From: Sedimentisphaerales bacterium
GTDB taxonomy: Bacteria; Planctomycetota; Phycisphaerae; Sedimentisphaerales; SM23-30
Assembly: GCA_963663805.2 (NCBI GenBank)
Contig: CAXXMR010000019.1
Coordinates: 160,001 to 224,000 of the forward strand
DNA length: 64,000 bases
Direction: 5' to 3'
Numbering within the stretch: position 1 is the stretch's first letter; each line of letters opens with the position of its first letter. Below the pieces are notes generated by a model. It was given only the letters and a program-made list of their open reading frames with translations, searched no databases and had not been told where the DNA came from. Position numbers and translations under genes: made by a program. This document shows positions 30,709 to 41,634 of the stretch, one piece after another.

Positions 30709-32013
30709 ATGGTCAAAGGCGTAAATGGTGTATTGATTTTGCCGGGATGGACGGCTTGGTTGTTGTTGTTTGTGACAACCTGGGCCTTCATCGGTGATTT
30801 TTCGGAAGAGCCCTTTTGGGCAGGTCCGATTGAAGCCGCTGGTTCGGTATCAATCCCGGCAAGTTCAGGCGAAGAAGTTGAGATTCGTGTCCTGCTGAGC
30901 TGTCAGGGCCGAGTTAAACTATTCAGCAGGCAGGAAGCTCTGCTGATTGAGGACCGAAACGGCAAAGAATGGGGAGTTTTGCCCGTCAACGGTTCCTATT
31001 ATGTCGAACGGTCGGCTCAGGGCTGGTCGATTTCGAGCAGTTCCGGAAACAAGCTGTTTGGGGCTATCGGTGAAGGAGACCTGGAGATACAGCCGGAACA
31101 CAACGGCGGTTTCCGGGTTGAACTCGACGATAAGCCTTGTAGTTATTCCGGCAAGTTGCGTTTGATTTGTCAGGATGACGGTCGCATCGCGATTGTAAAT
31201 ATAATCGGTATAGAAACATATTTAGCTGGTGTGGTTGGCGCCGAGGCCTATTCGGACTGGCGTCTTCCGGCTTTGCGGGCTCAGGCGATAGCCAGCCGTA
31301 CTTATGCCCTGTATAATTTGTCCCTCAACCGCAGTTCGTCCTGGGATATTGGCAGTAATCAGGGCAGCCAGATGTATCTGGGCAAATCGAGCAGCCATAA
31401 ACGGGTCAGTCAGTCAGTTGGCGATACCCGCGGCGTGGTTATGGCTTACGGCAAGCGCGGCCGTGAGCGAATTTTCCCGACTTATTACTGTTCGAATTGC
31501 GGCGGACATACGCAAGAAGCGGCGTCGGTTTTCGGTATGAAAGTACCGCCTTTGTCTGGTCAGTTTTGCCCTTATTGCGGCAAAGTAGCCCATGCCGACA
31601 AATACCGCTGGCCGGCGGTAACGATAGAAAAATGGCAGGTAAATGACTTGCTGCATCGGCGCTACCCAGATGACTTAAAGATTCTGGGCAAGATAGTCAA
31701 TGTTCAGGTCACACGTACAAGTGAATATGGGCGAGTTGAACGTATGAGGTTGACCGGTGCTTCGGGCAAAAGCATTATTGTCCGTGCGGAAGATTTTCGT
31801 TTGGCGATGCTGGCCGGCGGCAAAGATATTTTGAGCAGCTGGTATGAGCTTGAAGACCTGGGCGAGAGTTGGCGATTTTCCGAGGGCCGCGGCTGGGGGC
31901 ACGGGGTGGGGATGTGCCAGTGGGGCACGCAGGCGATGGCCTTGAGCGGTAAGGATTGTGTGGAAATACTGGAGTTTTACTACCCGCAAATGCAACTGGT
32001 GCGGGCGTACTGA
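30709..32013 (+). CDS. SpoIID/LytB domain protein
   Basis: ETYLAGVVGAE, ALRAQAIASRTYA, GWGHGVGMCQWG, ILEFYYP. Confidence 0.9.
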   Translation: MVKGVNGVLILPGWTAWLLLFVTTWAFIGDFSEEPFWAGPIEAAGSVSIPASSGEEVEIRVLLSCQGRVKLFSRQEALLIEDRNGKEWGVLPVNGSYYVERSAQGWSISSSSGNKLFGAIGEGDLEIQPEHNGGFRVELDDKPCSYSGKLRLICQDDGRIAIVNIIGIETYLAGVVGAEAYSDWRLPALRAQAIASRTYALYNLSLNRSSSWDIGSNQGSQMYLGKSSSHKRVSQSVGDTRGVVMAYGKRGRERIFPTYYCSNCGGHTQEAASVFGMKVPPLSGQFCPYCGKVAHADKYRWPAVTIEKWQVNDLLHRRYPDDLKILGKIVNVQVTRTSEYGRVERMRLTGASGKSIIVRAEDFRLAMLAGGKDILSSWYELEDLGESWRFSEGRGWGHGVGMCQWGTQAMALSGKDCVEILEFYYPQMQLVRAY

Positions 32014-32031
32014 GAAAGTTTTTATTAGCGG

Positions 32032-33168
32032 ATGTTTTCATTCAATCTGAGCCACATCAGCAGTGACAGCCAGGCCCGGCGTGGCTGTATCTTGACCCCT
32101 CACGGGGAGGTTCAGACCCCGGCGTTTATGCCGGTGGGTACTCGCGGCAGCGTTAAGGGTTTATTACCTAGAGACTTGCATGAATGTGGGGCGGAAATGG
32201 TACTGGGTAATACCTATCACCTTCTGTTGCGTCCGGGAGCGGAGGTTGTGCATCATCTGGGCGGTTTGCAGGAGTTTAGCGGCTGGCGTGGGCCGATGCT
32301 GACCGACAGCGGCGGCTATCAGGTGTTTTCGCTGAGCGAGCTAAACCGGATAGGCGAGGATGAAGTTGAGTTTGCTTCGCATATCGACGGGGCCCGGGTT
32401 AGATTGAGCCCGAAAGTGGCCATCGAAACCCAAAATCGGCTGGGCGCTGACATTATAATGGCATTTGATGAGTGTGTTAAGCTGCCCTGCGAAAGAGCTA
32501 GGATGGTCGAGGCGGTGGAGCGGACGATTCGCTGGGCTGAGCAGTGTCTGGAAGCCCATGGTCGGCAGGACCAGTGGCTTTTCGGGATTGTCCAGGGCGG
32601 CACGGACCGGGAATTGCGGCAATACTGCGTGGAAGCACTGTTGAAACTGGATTTTCCGGGTTACGCGATAGGCGGTCTGAGCGTGGGCGAAGGCCATGCC
32701 CTGATGATAGAAACAACGGCATACACGGCCCCGTTGCTGCCGGCGGATAAACCACGATACCTTATGGGTGTTGGGATGCCCAGGGATTTGGTGGCGGCGA
32801 TCGGAGCGGGCATAGATATGTTTGACTGCGTGCTGCCGACCCGAAACGGGCGAAACGCGTTCGCTTTTACGAAAACAGGCACGCTGAGACTGAGAAATCA
32901 GCAATATCAGTATGATAAAAGGCCTTTGGACGAGCAGTGCGGGTGCTATACCTGCCGGAACTTCAGTCGGGGCTATTTGCGGCATATGTTCCTGGTGGGC
33001 GAGATGGCCGGCGGTATACTGGTGTCATTGCATAATTTATGTTTCTATCAGGAGCTTATGGCAGAAGCCCGCAAGGCGATAGAAGAAGATAGATACCAAA
33101 GTTGGGCCCGCCTTTGGGCCGATTATGATTTAGGAAGGCAAGAGGCTAGAGTGAGGCGTGAGGGATGA
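32032..33168 (+). CDS. tgt: Queuine tRNA-guanine transglycosylase
   Basis: TPAFMPVGT, TDSGGYQVFS, PRYLMGVG, DMFDCVLPTRNGR, CxCxxC zinc site. Confidence 0.97.
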   Translation: MFSFNLSHISSDSQARRGCILTPHGEVQTPAFMPVGTRGSVKGLLPRDLHECGAEMVLGNTYHLLLRPGAEVVHHLGGLQEFSGWRGPMLTDSGGYQVFSLSELNRIGEDEVEFASHIDGARVRLSPKVAIETQNRLGADIIMAFDECVKLPCERARMVEAVERTIRWAEQCLEAHGRQDQWLFGIVQGGTDRELRQYCVEALLKLDFPGYAIGGLSVGEGHALMIETTAYTAPLLPADKPRYLMGVGMPRDLVAAIGAGIDMFDCVLPTRNGRNAFAFTKTGTLRLRNQQYQYDKRPLDEQCGCYTCRNFSRGYLRHMFLVGEMAGGILVSLHNLCFYQELMAEARKAIEEDRYQSWARLWADYDLGRQEARVRREG

Positions 33169-33264
33169 GTGAACGGCCTGGATTCTCCTTCGGCGAGTCT
33201 ATTGACAAAGGTTGTTAACGACGACAACACAAATTTATAAATATGGTAAATTGAAAGGTAGATT

Positions 33265-33699
33265 ATGGACAATTTGGCTATGATTCTGTTAGCACAGGCA
33301 GCGGTTCAGGAAGAAGGTACCACAGCGGCACCGGCAACGGATGCTCCGGGACAACCGGAATCCATCACTCAGGAGCCGGGAATGTCGGAAAACGGCGAGG
33401 AAGTAACCCCCAATCCCAATCCTCTGATGCAGTATCTGCCGCTGATTCTTATCTTCATCGTGTTTTATTTCATCATGTTCCGGGGCCCCAAGAAAAAACA
33501 ACAACAGCGTAAAAAAATGCTCGACTCCATGAAAAAAGGCGACAAGGTTCGCACTATCGGCGGGATTATCGGAACTGTGGTAGATATTCGCGATGATGAA
33601 GTTTTACTAAAAATTGACGAGAACACGAATACTAAGATGCGGGTCTCGCGGGGCGCGGTCAATACTATTGACGGCGCAGAGGGGTCCGATAACAAGTAG
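33265..33699 (+). CDS. yajC: Preprotein translocase subunit YajC
   Basis: FYFIMFR, KGDKVRTIGGIIGTV; lies between tgt and secDF. Confidence 0.93.
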   Translation: MDNLAMILLAQAAVQEEGTTAAPATDAPGQPESITQEPGMSENGEEVTPNPNPLMQYLPLILIFIVFYFIMFRGPKKKQQQRKKMLDSMKKGDKVRTIGGIIGTVVDIRDDEVLLKIDENTNTKMRVSRGAVNTIDGAEGSDNK

Positions 33700-33796
33700 T
33701 TGTCTCACCCTTTGGGGTCAGTAAAAGATAATTTTTCGTCTGGGGTTTACCGGACATGTAATAGTGTAAAAAGGAAGCAAGAAAAAGGCGTAATCT

Positions 33797-36700
33797 ATGA
33801 ATCTGAAACTCAAGTTTGTGATCATATTGGTGCTGGTAGGTCTTTGCGGGTGGGAAATACGTTCCAAAGACCGTTTGAAACCGGGTATCGACCTTGCTGG
33901 CGGTACCAGTATGCTTTATCAGATTGACACCACGGGTCTGGACGACAGCCAGAAACGTGAGGTCGCCCAGAATATGATTCGTATTCTGCAGCAGCGTATC
34001 GATCCGGGCAGTAAGAAGAACCTGATATGGCGTGCCCATGGTACCGACCGTATCGAGATTCAGATGCCGCTACCCAAGAAGGAAACTCAGGCCCGTCGTG
34101 AAGTTTTCCAGGCGAATCTAGGGGTTATCGACGAGCATAATCTCGACATGCGTCAGGTGCGTCGGGGCCTGGTTCGTCCGGCGAACAAGAGCGTTCAGGA
34201 ATATCAGGCTTACCGTGATGAACAGTTTGGAAAGCTGGCCGGCGGCAATGACGTTCGTCAGGAATTGCTGAGTGAACTGTCTGCGACAAACGACCAGCTT
34301 CTGGGTGCTGAGGATATGCGTACCGCCGCTGCTGAAGCGGAACGTCTGGCGAAGAAAAAGCTGGAAGATTTGAAGATTAACGTTACGGCCGCGGCTCGTC
34401 TGGCTGGTCAATGGTCCGAGCTTGACGAGCCCAATAAGGCTGCCCGTCTGGAAAGTCTGGCCGGCGAAGATGATAACAAACAGCAGTTGCTGCGCAAGTA
34501 TATTGATGCCCGTAACGAGCTGGCGGAATCGCGCACGTTGCTGACCGGTCCGGAAGGCTTGACGGCCCGTCGTGATAATTTATTGAGAGAGCTGGAACAA
34601 AGCAATCTTGATATTGATAAACTCAAGAAGATTCTGGAGTCTCCTAGTGCGTTCAGTCGTCAGAAAGAAATTTCGGAACTTCAAAGTCAGTTCCCGCCCC
34701 TGAAGATGGCATTGGATGAGCTGGTTGTCTCTTACGATAATTACTCGAAGGTCGCGGGCCGTCTGGATGACCCGGAAGATTTGAAACGTCAGTTGCGTGG
34801 TTCGGGTGTATTAGAATTTCGCATTCTGCCGACGCCCCGCGGCGAGTCGCTGAGCGAAGCCGAAATCAAAAATTATATCGACCGCTTGCAGCAATACGGT
34901 CCCAACCCGGCCCGCAGCGGCGACGACCGTTATATCTGGTGTCAGATTCGCAACCCGGAAAGCTTCAAAGCAGAAGCAATTCGTTCGGAGTTTGCCGGTC
35001 TGGAATATGTGCTGGCCTCGAATCAGCCGGATGAGATGATGCTGCATGACGCTTCAGCCGACGGCTGGAAGCTGAAGTCGGCTCGCTATGGGAGTGACTC
35101 GATAGGTAATCCTTCGGTTGATTTTCAATTTAATCAGATTGGTGCGGGGCGTTTTCTGAACCTCACCAAAAACAACCTGCAGCGACCTTTGTGTATTTTG
35201 CTGGACGGTCAGGCTTTTTCGGCCCCTAATATTCGCTCGGCAATCAGTCAGAGCGGTCAGATTACCGGCGACTTTACGATGCAGGAAGTACAGGACCTGA
35301 TTGACAAGCTCAACGCCGGTTCACTGCCGGCACGTCTGGGCGATGAGCCTTTGAGTACAAACACCGTCGGCCCGACAATCGGTAAGGAAAATCTGGAAGC
35401 CGGTCGCAAGGCTGGTGTGTGGGGTCTGGTATGTGTAGCGGTATTCATGCTGCTTTACTATCGCTTCGCTGGTACGCTGGCGAATTTGGCTTTGTTTATG
35501 AACCTGCTCATAATTCTGGGCGTAATGGCGTTCAGCCGGGCAACTTTTACCATGCCTGGTATCGCCGGTATCATTCTGACAATCGGTATGGCCGTTGATG
35601 CCAACGTACTGATTTTTGAACGTATCTATGAAGAACAAAAACGCGGCTCTTCTCTGCGAATCGCTTTGAAGAACGGTTATGACCGGGCGTTCCGGACGAT
35701 TCTGGATGCCAACGTCACAACGTTCATTACCGCGTTGATTCTTTACATGCGTGCCTCTGAGGAAGTCAAAGGTTTCGCTCTTACATTAATGATAGGTATC
35801 GTCAGCAGTATGTTCACCGCGTTGTTCGTAACACATGCCGTGTTCGACCTGCTGATTGAGAAACGCTGGCTGAAAAACAAACTGAGCATGTCGCATGTTA
35901 TCGGCGAGCCCAAAATTAACTGGATTGGCATGCGACCGGTGCTGTGGACAATGTCGGCAGTGCTGGTAGTCGGTGGCTGGTTTGTATTTATGGGCCGCGA
36001 CGAATCCACCAACAGTAAATACTCGATTGAGTTTACCGGCGGAACCAGTATCTATGTTAAGGTTACCGACGACTCCACGCGTGACGACATCGAAGAACTC
36101 ATTCAGGCTGAAGGTGCCAAGATGGGCAACGACCTGATTCAGGCTGCCCGCGTACAGCAGATTGGTGCCGCGGAAAATCGCGAGTTTGAGATTGTTACTA
36201 CTGAAACCAACCGGGTAGATGTCAAGCTGACTTTGCCCGAAGGTAAGAGTATGACGCGTGATGAACTCCAGGCGAAAATTCTGGCCCAGGCCGCGAAGAT
36301 GGGCGACCGTCGTCTGGAACAAACGGTCGTAACCGGTACGGAAGTTCCGAATCAGTTTAATCTGGAAACCCGCCAGAACAATCATAATCGCGTTGCCGAA
36401 GCTCTGGTTGTAATAGCCGGTGCGGAAATTGAATATCAAATTGAAACCAACGATGTTGTGAACCAGGCGGTTCGCTCGGCACTAGAAGGCAAACTGGATG
36501 CTCAAAATAATCTGGTCCCTCAGAATGTTAAGGCTATACCAATCACCAGCGAGCTGATTAGTAATAAGCCTTATCTGCACGACTATAAGGGCGGTCTTTA
36601 TCTGACATCTGATTTCGGTGCTGATAATACCGAAACGATGGAGCGTCTGAAAAATCGCTTTAATCAGTTGCAGTTCTCGGCTGAGTTTGAGAAATACGGT

Positions 36701-37486
36701 ACCGACGATTACAAGCTGTTCGCTCCGGACGGCAAAGAACCAGCCGCTGCTGCCGCACTTAACAAGATTGAGGTAGCGGTAATTTCTGATGACATCCGCT
36801 ATGAAGATGAAGACCTGGAAGCCTGGAATACCTTCAGGGAAACCAAGCAGGAATGGTTCACCAACGGGTTACAACGTTCGACTTCACTGGACCGCGTATC
36901 GCAGATTGACCCGTCGGTTGGTCAAAAGAGTATGAACGACGCTATGGTGGCGATAGTGCTGTCACTGGCGGCTATCATTATCTACATCTGGGTGCGGTTT
37001 GGTAATGTCTGGTTCTCCCTGGCAGCGGTGGCGGCATTGGTACATGACGTGAGTATCGCGTTGGGTATGGTGGCGGCTTCGGCGTGGCTTTCGACGACCA
37101 GTATCGGCCAGGCATTGGGTATCTCGGACTTCAAGATCGACCTGCCCATGATCGCTGCATTTCTGACGGTTATCGGTTACTCACTGAACGATACCATCGT
37201 TGTGTTCGACCGGATTCGCGAAACCCGCGGCAAACTGGCGACGCTGTCGAAAGACATTATCAATGTTAGTATCAACCAGACGCTCTCGCGTACCCTGCTG
37301 ACATCGGTGACCACCTTTATCGTGCTGCTCGTGATGTATATCTGGGGCGGCTCCGGCTTGCGGGGCTTCAACTACGTAATGATTATCGGTGTGATTGTGG
37401 GTACCTATTCCTCAATTGGCGTGGCTTCTCTGGTAGTTTACGGCACCAGAGTCGGCAAGGCCGGGGCGGCAGAGCAAAAATCCTAA
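33797..37486 (+). CDS. secDF: Fused protein translocase subunit SecDF
   Basis: GIDLAGG, GMAVDANVLIFERI, IEFTGG, GYSLNDTIVVFDRIRE, GTYSS. Confidence 0.95.
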   Translation: MNLKLKFVIILVLVGLCGWEIRSKDRLKPGIDLAGGTSMLYQIDTTGLDDSQKREVAQNMIRILQQRIDPGSKKNLIWRAHGTDRIEIQMPLPKKETQARREVFQANLGVIDEHNLDMRQVRRGLVRPANKSVQEYQAYRDEQFGKLAGGNDVRQELLSELSATNDQLLGAEDMRTAAAEAERLAKKKLEDLKINVTAAARLAGQWSELDEPNKAARLESLAGEDDNKQQLLRKYIDARNELAESRTLLTGPEGLTARRDNLLRELEQSNLDIDKLKKILESPSAFSRQKEISELQSQFPPLKMALDELVVSYDNYSKVAGRLDDPEDLKRQLRGSGVLEFRILPTPRGESLSEAEIKNYIDRLQQYGPNPARSGDDRYIWCQIRNPESFKAEAIRSEFAGLEYVLASNQPDEMMLHDASADGWKLKSARYGSDSIGNPSVDFQFNQIGAGRFLNLTKNNLQRPLCILLDGQAFSAPNIRSAISQSGQITGDFTMQEVQDLIDKLNAGSLPARLGDEPLSTNTVGPTIGKENLEAGRKAGVWGLVCVAVFMLLYYRFAGTLANLALFMNLLIILGVMAFSRATFTMPGIAGIILTIGMAVDANVLIFERIYEEQKRGSSLRIALKNGYDRAFRTILDANVTTFITALILYMRASEEVKGFALTLMIGIVSSMFTALFVTHAVFDLLIEKRWLKNKLSMSHVIGEPKINWIGMRPVLWTMSAVLVVGGWFVFMGRDESTNSKYSIEFTGGTSIYVKVTDDSTRDDIEELIQAEGAKMGNDLIQAARVQQIGAAENREFEIVTTETNRVDVKLTLPEGKSMTRDELQAKILAQAAKMGDRRLEQTVVTGTEVPNQFNLETRQNNHNRVAEALVVIAGAEIEYQIETNDVVNQAVRSALEGKLDAQNNLVPQNVKAIPITSELISNKPYLHDYKGGLYLTSDFGADNTETMERLKNRFNQLQFSAEFEKYGTDDYKLFAPDGKEPAAAAALNKIEVAVISDDIRYEDEDLEAWNTFRETKQEWFTNGLQRSTSLDRVSQIDPSVGQKSMNDAMVAIVLSLAAIIIYIWVRFGNVWFSLAAVAALVHDVSIALGMVAASAWLSTTSIGQALGISDFKIDLPMIAAFLTVIGYSLNDTIVVFDRIRETRGKLATLSKDIINVSINQTLSRTLLTSVTTFIVLLVMYIWGGSGLRGFNYVMIIGVIVGTYSSIGVASLVVYGTRVGKAGAAEQKS

Positions 37487-37521
37487 GCCCTTGACGGCTA
37501 AGGTAATTTAGTTTACACTTG

Positions 37522-37557
37522 ACCGCGGTTGTGCTTTTGCCCAGCCGCGGTTTTTTT
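37522..37557 (+). terminator. Rho-independent terminator after secDF
   Basis: accgcggttg/cagccgcggt stem followed by T7. Confidence 0.75.
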
Positions 37558-37610
37558 GTGGCTGGAAAGCCGCGAAATCTTAAATCAGGTTTTCATTCCG
37601 GAGGTGTCCG

Positions 37611-38144
37611 ATGAGTACGGAACTGAAAGTTGGCATTCTCGTGGGCGTTTTGTTAATCGCAATCGGGGCCATTTATTATTCCAGCAGCAATAACCAGGAA
37701 TCTGAAAAGCCGTTAATTACAATGCCGGACCCACAGCCGCAGCCGGCGGCTCAACCCATACCAGCGGTCAAACCGGAACCAGTTACTCCGGTGGTGGTTA
37801 AGCCCGCACCTGCCCCCAAGGGTGAGGTAGGCCCACTGGTGCCGCCCAGTAAAGATGAAGCACCCGCACAGTCGGAACCCACAGTTGCGGTGCCCCAGCC
37901 CCGCGAACCAGAAGCCGTCGTGCCCCAGCCCAAACCTGAACCCGCAAAGAAGGCTAGATATTACGAAGTGCAGGTTGGGGACACCCTGTATGACATCGCC
38001 GAAATTTATTACGGCCACGGGCGTTTCAGCAAGGATATCTACGAGGCTAACAAAAGTTTGATAAAAAATCCCGATGTGCTGGTAGTAGGCTGGAAATTGC
38101 GGATACCTTATCGAGAAGAGATATTGGAAAAGCAGGGACTCTAA
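37611..38144 (+). CDS. Membrane-anchored LysM domain protein
   Basis: N-terminal TM, Pro-rich linker, YEVQVGDTLYDIAEIYYG...LRIP. Confidence 0.88.
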   Translation: MSTELKVGILVGVLLIAIGAIYYSSSNNQESEKPLITMPDPQPQPAAQPIPAVKPEPVTPVVVKPAPAPKGEVGPLVPPSKDEAPAQSEPTVAVPQPREPEAVVPQPKPEPAKKARYYEVQVGDTLYDIAEIYYGHGRFSKDIYEANKSLIKNPDVLVVGWKLRIPYREEILEKQGL

Positions 38145-39266
38145 TTACCTCTCCAGATAACGGCGATAAACATCCAGCGTTTTTCTCGCGGTGGCAGGCC
38201 ACGAAAATTGCCGCGCCCGCTCCAGACATTTCTCGCGCACCCCGGAATCATTTACGTCTTGCTCTAAGGCGACTTTAAGTGTCGCGGTCATTTCCTCGAC
38301 ATTATAAGGGTCGAATAATCTGCCGGCTGTACCGACAACTTCCGGGATAGCGGTAGCATTGGAACAGGCGACCGGAGTGCCGCAAGCCAGGGCCTCCAGA
38401 GGTGAAAAACCAAAGCCTTCATAGATGCTGGGCAAGACCAGCAGGGACGCAAGATTATAAAGGGCGGGCAGTTCCTCGAAATCCACCAGCCCCAGAAAAT
38501 TTACTTTTGAAATAATGTTTAACTTTTCCGCAAGGCCGCGCAGCTGGTCGGTTTCAGGTGAAAACGGGCCAGTGAGCACCAGAGGGAATTTGTTCTGTAA
38601 ATTTTGGGGCAATCCTGCGAACGCCTCAAACAGCCGGGCCAGATTTTTGTGTATTTTATGGTTGCCGGTATAGAAAATGAAATTTTGGGGCAGCTCGTAT
38701 TTTTCGCGAACAGCTTCCAGTTTTTCCGAGTCGGTAATCGGGCAATAATCATAAGAATAGCCTTGGGGCACAATATCAATCTTATCGGGGCTGATATTCA
38801 GATGCTCGATTATGTCGCGCTTGCTGCACTGCGAAATCGTAATGATTCGCGCGGCCCGGCGGGCGTTGCGGCCAATAATATATTTGAAATAAGCTCGTTT
38901 AAGAGGCGAACAATAATTAGGAACCGTCAAAGGGTGAAGGTCATGAATAGTAATAACTAACCGACGGCCTTTCCAGAGCAGCGGCATATCGAAATGAGGA
39001 TAATGATAAATATCCGAATCGTCAGCGAGCGTGTGAAACTCCCAATGCTGTTTCAGGGACAGGCAAGTAGAATTCACCGGATAAAGCGATAATTCCGGTT
39101 CATTGATTTGCTGAATTATCTGCCGCTGAGTCGCGCACCAGGGGTTGTGATAGATGCGCCAGACATGCTGAGGTTCTTCATGTACAAGAGCTTGCAGAAG
39201 CTGGCGGGTATAAACTCCTCCCCCGCCGGGAAAATGTGCGAATCGCAAATCGAAGCTGATTTTCAT
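38145..39266 (-). CDS. Glycosyltransferase, GT4 family
   Basis: TIHDL, HKNL, PSIYEGFGFSPLEALACG, FSW. Confidence 0.92.
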   Translation of the reverse strand: MKISFDLRFAHFPGGGGVYTRQLLQALVHEEPQHVWRIYHNPWCATQRQIIQQINEPELSLYPVNSTCLSLKQHWEFHTLADDSDIYHYPHFDMPLLWKGRRLVITIHDLHPLTVPNYCSPLKRAYFKYIIGRNARRAARIITISQCSKRDIIEHLNISPDKIDIVPQGYSYDYCPITDSEKLEAVREKYELPQNFIFYTGNHKIHKNLARLFEAFAGLPQNLQNKFPLVLTGPFSPETDQLRGLAEKLNIISKVNFLGLVDFEELPALYNLASLLVLPSIYEGFGFSPLEALACGTPVACSNATAIPEVVGTAGRLFDPYNVEEMTATLKVALEQDVNDSGVREKCLERARQFSWPATARKTLDVYRRYLER

Positions 39267-39304
39267 AGTTTCGTAAACCGGGGGATTCAGATTGGCCTGA
39301 TAAT

Positions 39305-39886
39305 CTAAGAACGCAGACTGACGGGCGGACCGAGTATTTCGGAATAAACGACAGCACGAGCAAGTTCGTCCGGTTGATCGAGATTGAGCAGAGACCGTAC
39401 TTGCGTATTTATCGACGTGGCAGGTTCCGGCTTGGTTTGGCGGCGAGTGCTTGAAGCAGATTTGGCAAACTGAACCGGTCGAGTCGTTGCGAGTCGCTGA
39501 GCTACCGGTTTAAGTTTGGGCTGAGGAACAGGCCGTTGATTTTTCGATATAAGATTTCGAGGCTTTGCGCTAATCTGAGGCTGAACAATACGCCGAGTAG
39601 TTTGCGAGGCCTGTTGGTGGCGAACTTGAGACTGAACGGAAGTTGTGGGATGAACAGAATGTTTTACTGATGAAGCCGGCTCAGGATGGGCGAGCTTATC
39701 AAATTCTTCGCGAGCATACTTTTCAGCTTTCTTTTTTTCCTGCCAGGTGGTGACAAGTTTATTAAGGGCGCCCAGAGCCGCTAAAACAATAAAAGGCAGC
39801 AGACCTTTAATAGAATCCCAGGAGGAATTCCCGGAGTCATCTTTGATGTTCGCAGCAAATAGCTCATTTAACCATTCTGGCAGCAT
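39305..39886 (-). CDS. Hypothetical protein, YqfB-like, downstream of floA
   Basis: TM helix, low-complexity middle, C-terminal RAVVYSEILGPPVSLR. Confidence 0.7.
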   Translation of the reverse strand: MLPEWLNELFAANIKDDSGNSSWDSIKGLLPFIVLAALGALNKLVTTWQEKKKAEKYAREEFDKLAHPEPASSVKHSVHPTTSVQSQVRHQQASQTTRRIVQPQISAKPRNLISKNQRPVPQPKLKPVAQRLATTRPVQFAKSASSTRRQTKPEPATSINTQVRSLLNLDQPDELARAVVYSEILGPPVSLRS

Positions 39887-39966
39887 AGCAATTGCTTCCT
39901 TTGTATATCATAGTTAATTTAACAGGTCCGCCCCGGCGGGTGAGCCGGAGCGACCTGGTTAAGTGA

Positions 39967-41121
39967 TTACTGGTTGGGTTTTTCATTGGGTTTTTGTTTG
40001 GTGGAACCGCCGATGGCATCACGCATTGTAGTATCAGCGGCGAGATTCTTCATGCGATAATAATCCATAATGCCGAGATTTCCCTGGCGGAACGCTTCAG
40101 CCATAGCGCGGGGCACTTCGGCTTCAGCTTCGACAACCTTGGCCCGGTTTTCCTCGACCAGGGCCCGCATTTCCTGAGACCGGGCGACAGCCATCGCCCG
40201 ACGACCTTCGGCCTCGGCCTGACGAAGCTGTTTGTCAGCGTCGGCACGTTCGGTCTCCAGCAGGGCGCCTACATTAGCAACATTACCGACGGCGGCAACA
40301 CTGACATCGGCTATATCAATAGAGACGATCTCATAAGCTGTCTGAGCGTCGAGTCCGCTGCTGAGTACTTTTTTGGAAATGAGGTCGGGATTTTCGAGTA
40401 CATCCTTATAAGTGGGCGATGAGCCGATGGCACTGACAATACCCTGTCCGACACGAGCAACAATAGTCTCTTCGGTGGCACCGCGGACGAGCTGTTCGAT
40501 ATTGGAACGAACAGTCACTCGCGCCCGCACCAGCAAACGAATACCATCTTTGGCAACGGCATCAAGCATTGCCGGACCGGTCTGCTGGGAGGGACAGTCA
40601 ATAATCTTGGGCTTAACGGTGGTCTGAACCGCTTCGAGAATGTCACGACCGGCCAGGTCAATCGCACGAGCGACATCCAGCGTTAGCGGGATTTTCGCAC
40701 GATGAGCGGCAATCATGGCCTGCACGAGTTTGATGACATTACCACCGGCGAAATGATGAGCCTGGAGGTCTACGAAGCTGATACTAAGGCCGGCTTTGTA
40801 AGTAATGATAAGAGCGTTGACGCAAATCATAACATCAGCCGGGTCGCGCCGAACCAGAAACACACTTTCCAGGTCGCGGGTGGCTAGGTCTTCCAGGCCG
40901 GCCTGCACCGCCGAGATGCGGGCACTGACAATCAGATTGGGTTTCACCTTACGCAGCCACATCCCGAACAGGTCCAGAAACGACACGCTGGCACGGGACG
41001 ACATTGCCTGAATCCACAAATTGAGGAACCGACCGACGATGAGTACAAAGGCCAAAACTGCCAGCAGGACGATCCCGATAAGAATTTTCAGGCCGACGGC
41101 CATCGCTAAAATCATGGTCAT
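39967..41121 (-). CDS. floA: Flotillin-like protein FloA (YqfA)
   Basis: [42 protein letters not shown]. Confidence 0.92.
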   Translation of the reverse strand: MTMILAMAVGLKILIGIVLLAVLAFVLIVGRFLNLWIQAMSSRASVSFLDLFGMWLRKVKPNLIVSARISAVQAGLEDLATRDLESVFLVRRDPADVMICVNALIITYKAGLSISFVDLQAHHFAGGNVIKLVQAMIAAHRAKIPLTLDVARAIDLAGRDILEAVQTTVKPKIIDCPSQQTGPAMLDAVAKDGIRLLVRARVTVRSNIEQLVRGATEETIVARVGQGIVSAIGSSPTYKDVLENPDLISKKVLSSGLDAQTAYEIVSIDIADVSVAAVGNVANVGALLETERADADKQLRQAEAEGRRAMAVARSQEMRALVEENRAKVVEAEAEVPRAMAEAFRQGNLGIMDYYRMKNLAADTTMRDAIGGSTKQKPNEKPNQ

Positions 41122-41139
41122 GTGATTTCTCCTTGTTTG

Positions 41140-41634
41140 TTATGATTGATTAGAAATATTGTCTACAACTATACTGTTTCCGTCGATTCTAACGACGGTG
41201 ATTTCCATATTGTTATCAAGCATTTTGCCGCGACTTACTGCGCTGTAGCGCTTGCCGTCAATTACAATAGTACCTGAAGGACGCAGCGAGGTCACGGTTT
41301 TTCCGCTTTTGCCCAGCAGCGAACTAAAATCCAGAGTCGAGACTCCGGCGGCTGAAGGCTCCGTCGGCTGAGCGGCGCGGGCCAGTATCATGCGCTTGCC
41401 GATGGGCGTATGCGGGAACATCTTCAGACCAAAGATTATAACCACCGGCACGGTTACCAGCACGATAGCCAGAAACAGCATCCCGGTGTTTTCCCCCTGC
41501 CTGAAGGCCAGCACTATCGAAACAACAAAACCAGCCGTTGCCAGAAAACCCAGCACCCCGCCGCTGGGCAAAAAGGCCTCCAGCACCGCGAAAAATATCC
41601 CCAGCATCAAAAGTATTATAGCGTATGTCAGCAT
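41140..41634 (-). CDS. Short NfeD-family protein
   Basis: EAFLPSGGVLG TM region plus OB domain GKTVTSLRPSG. Confidence 0.85.
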   Translation of the reverse strand: MLTYAIILLMLGIFFAVLEAFLPSGGVLGFLATAGFVVSIVLAFRQGENTGMLFLAIVLVTVPVVIIFGLKMFPHTPIGKRMILARAAQPTEPSAAGVSTLDFSSLLGKSGKTVTSLRPSGTIVIDGKRYSAVSRGKMLDNNMEITVVRIDGNSIVVDNISNQS

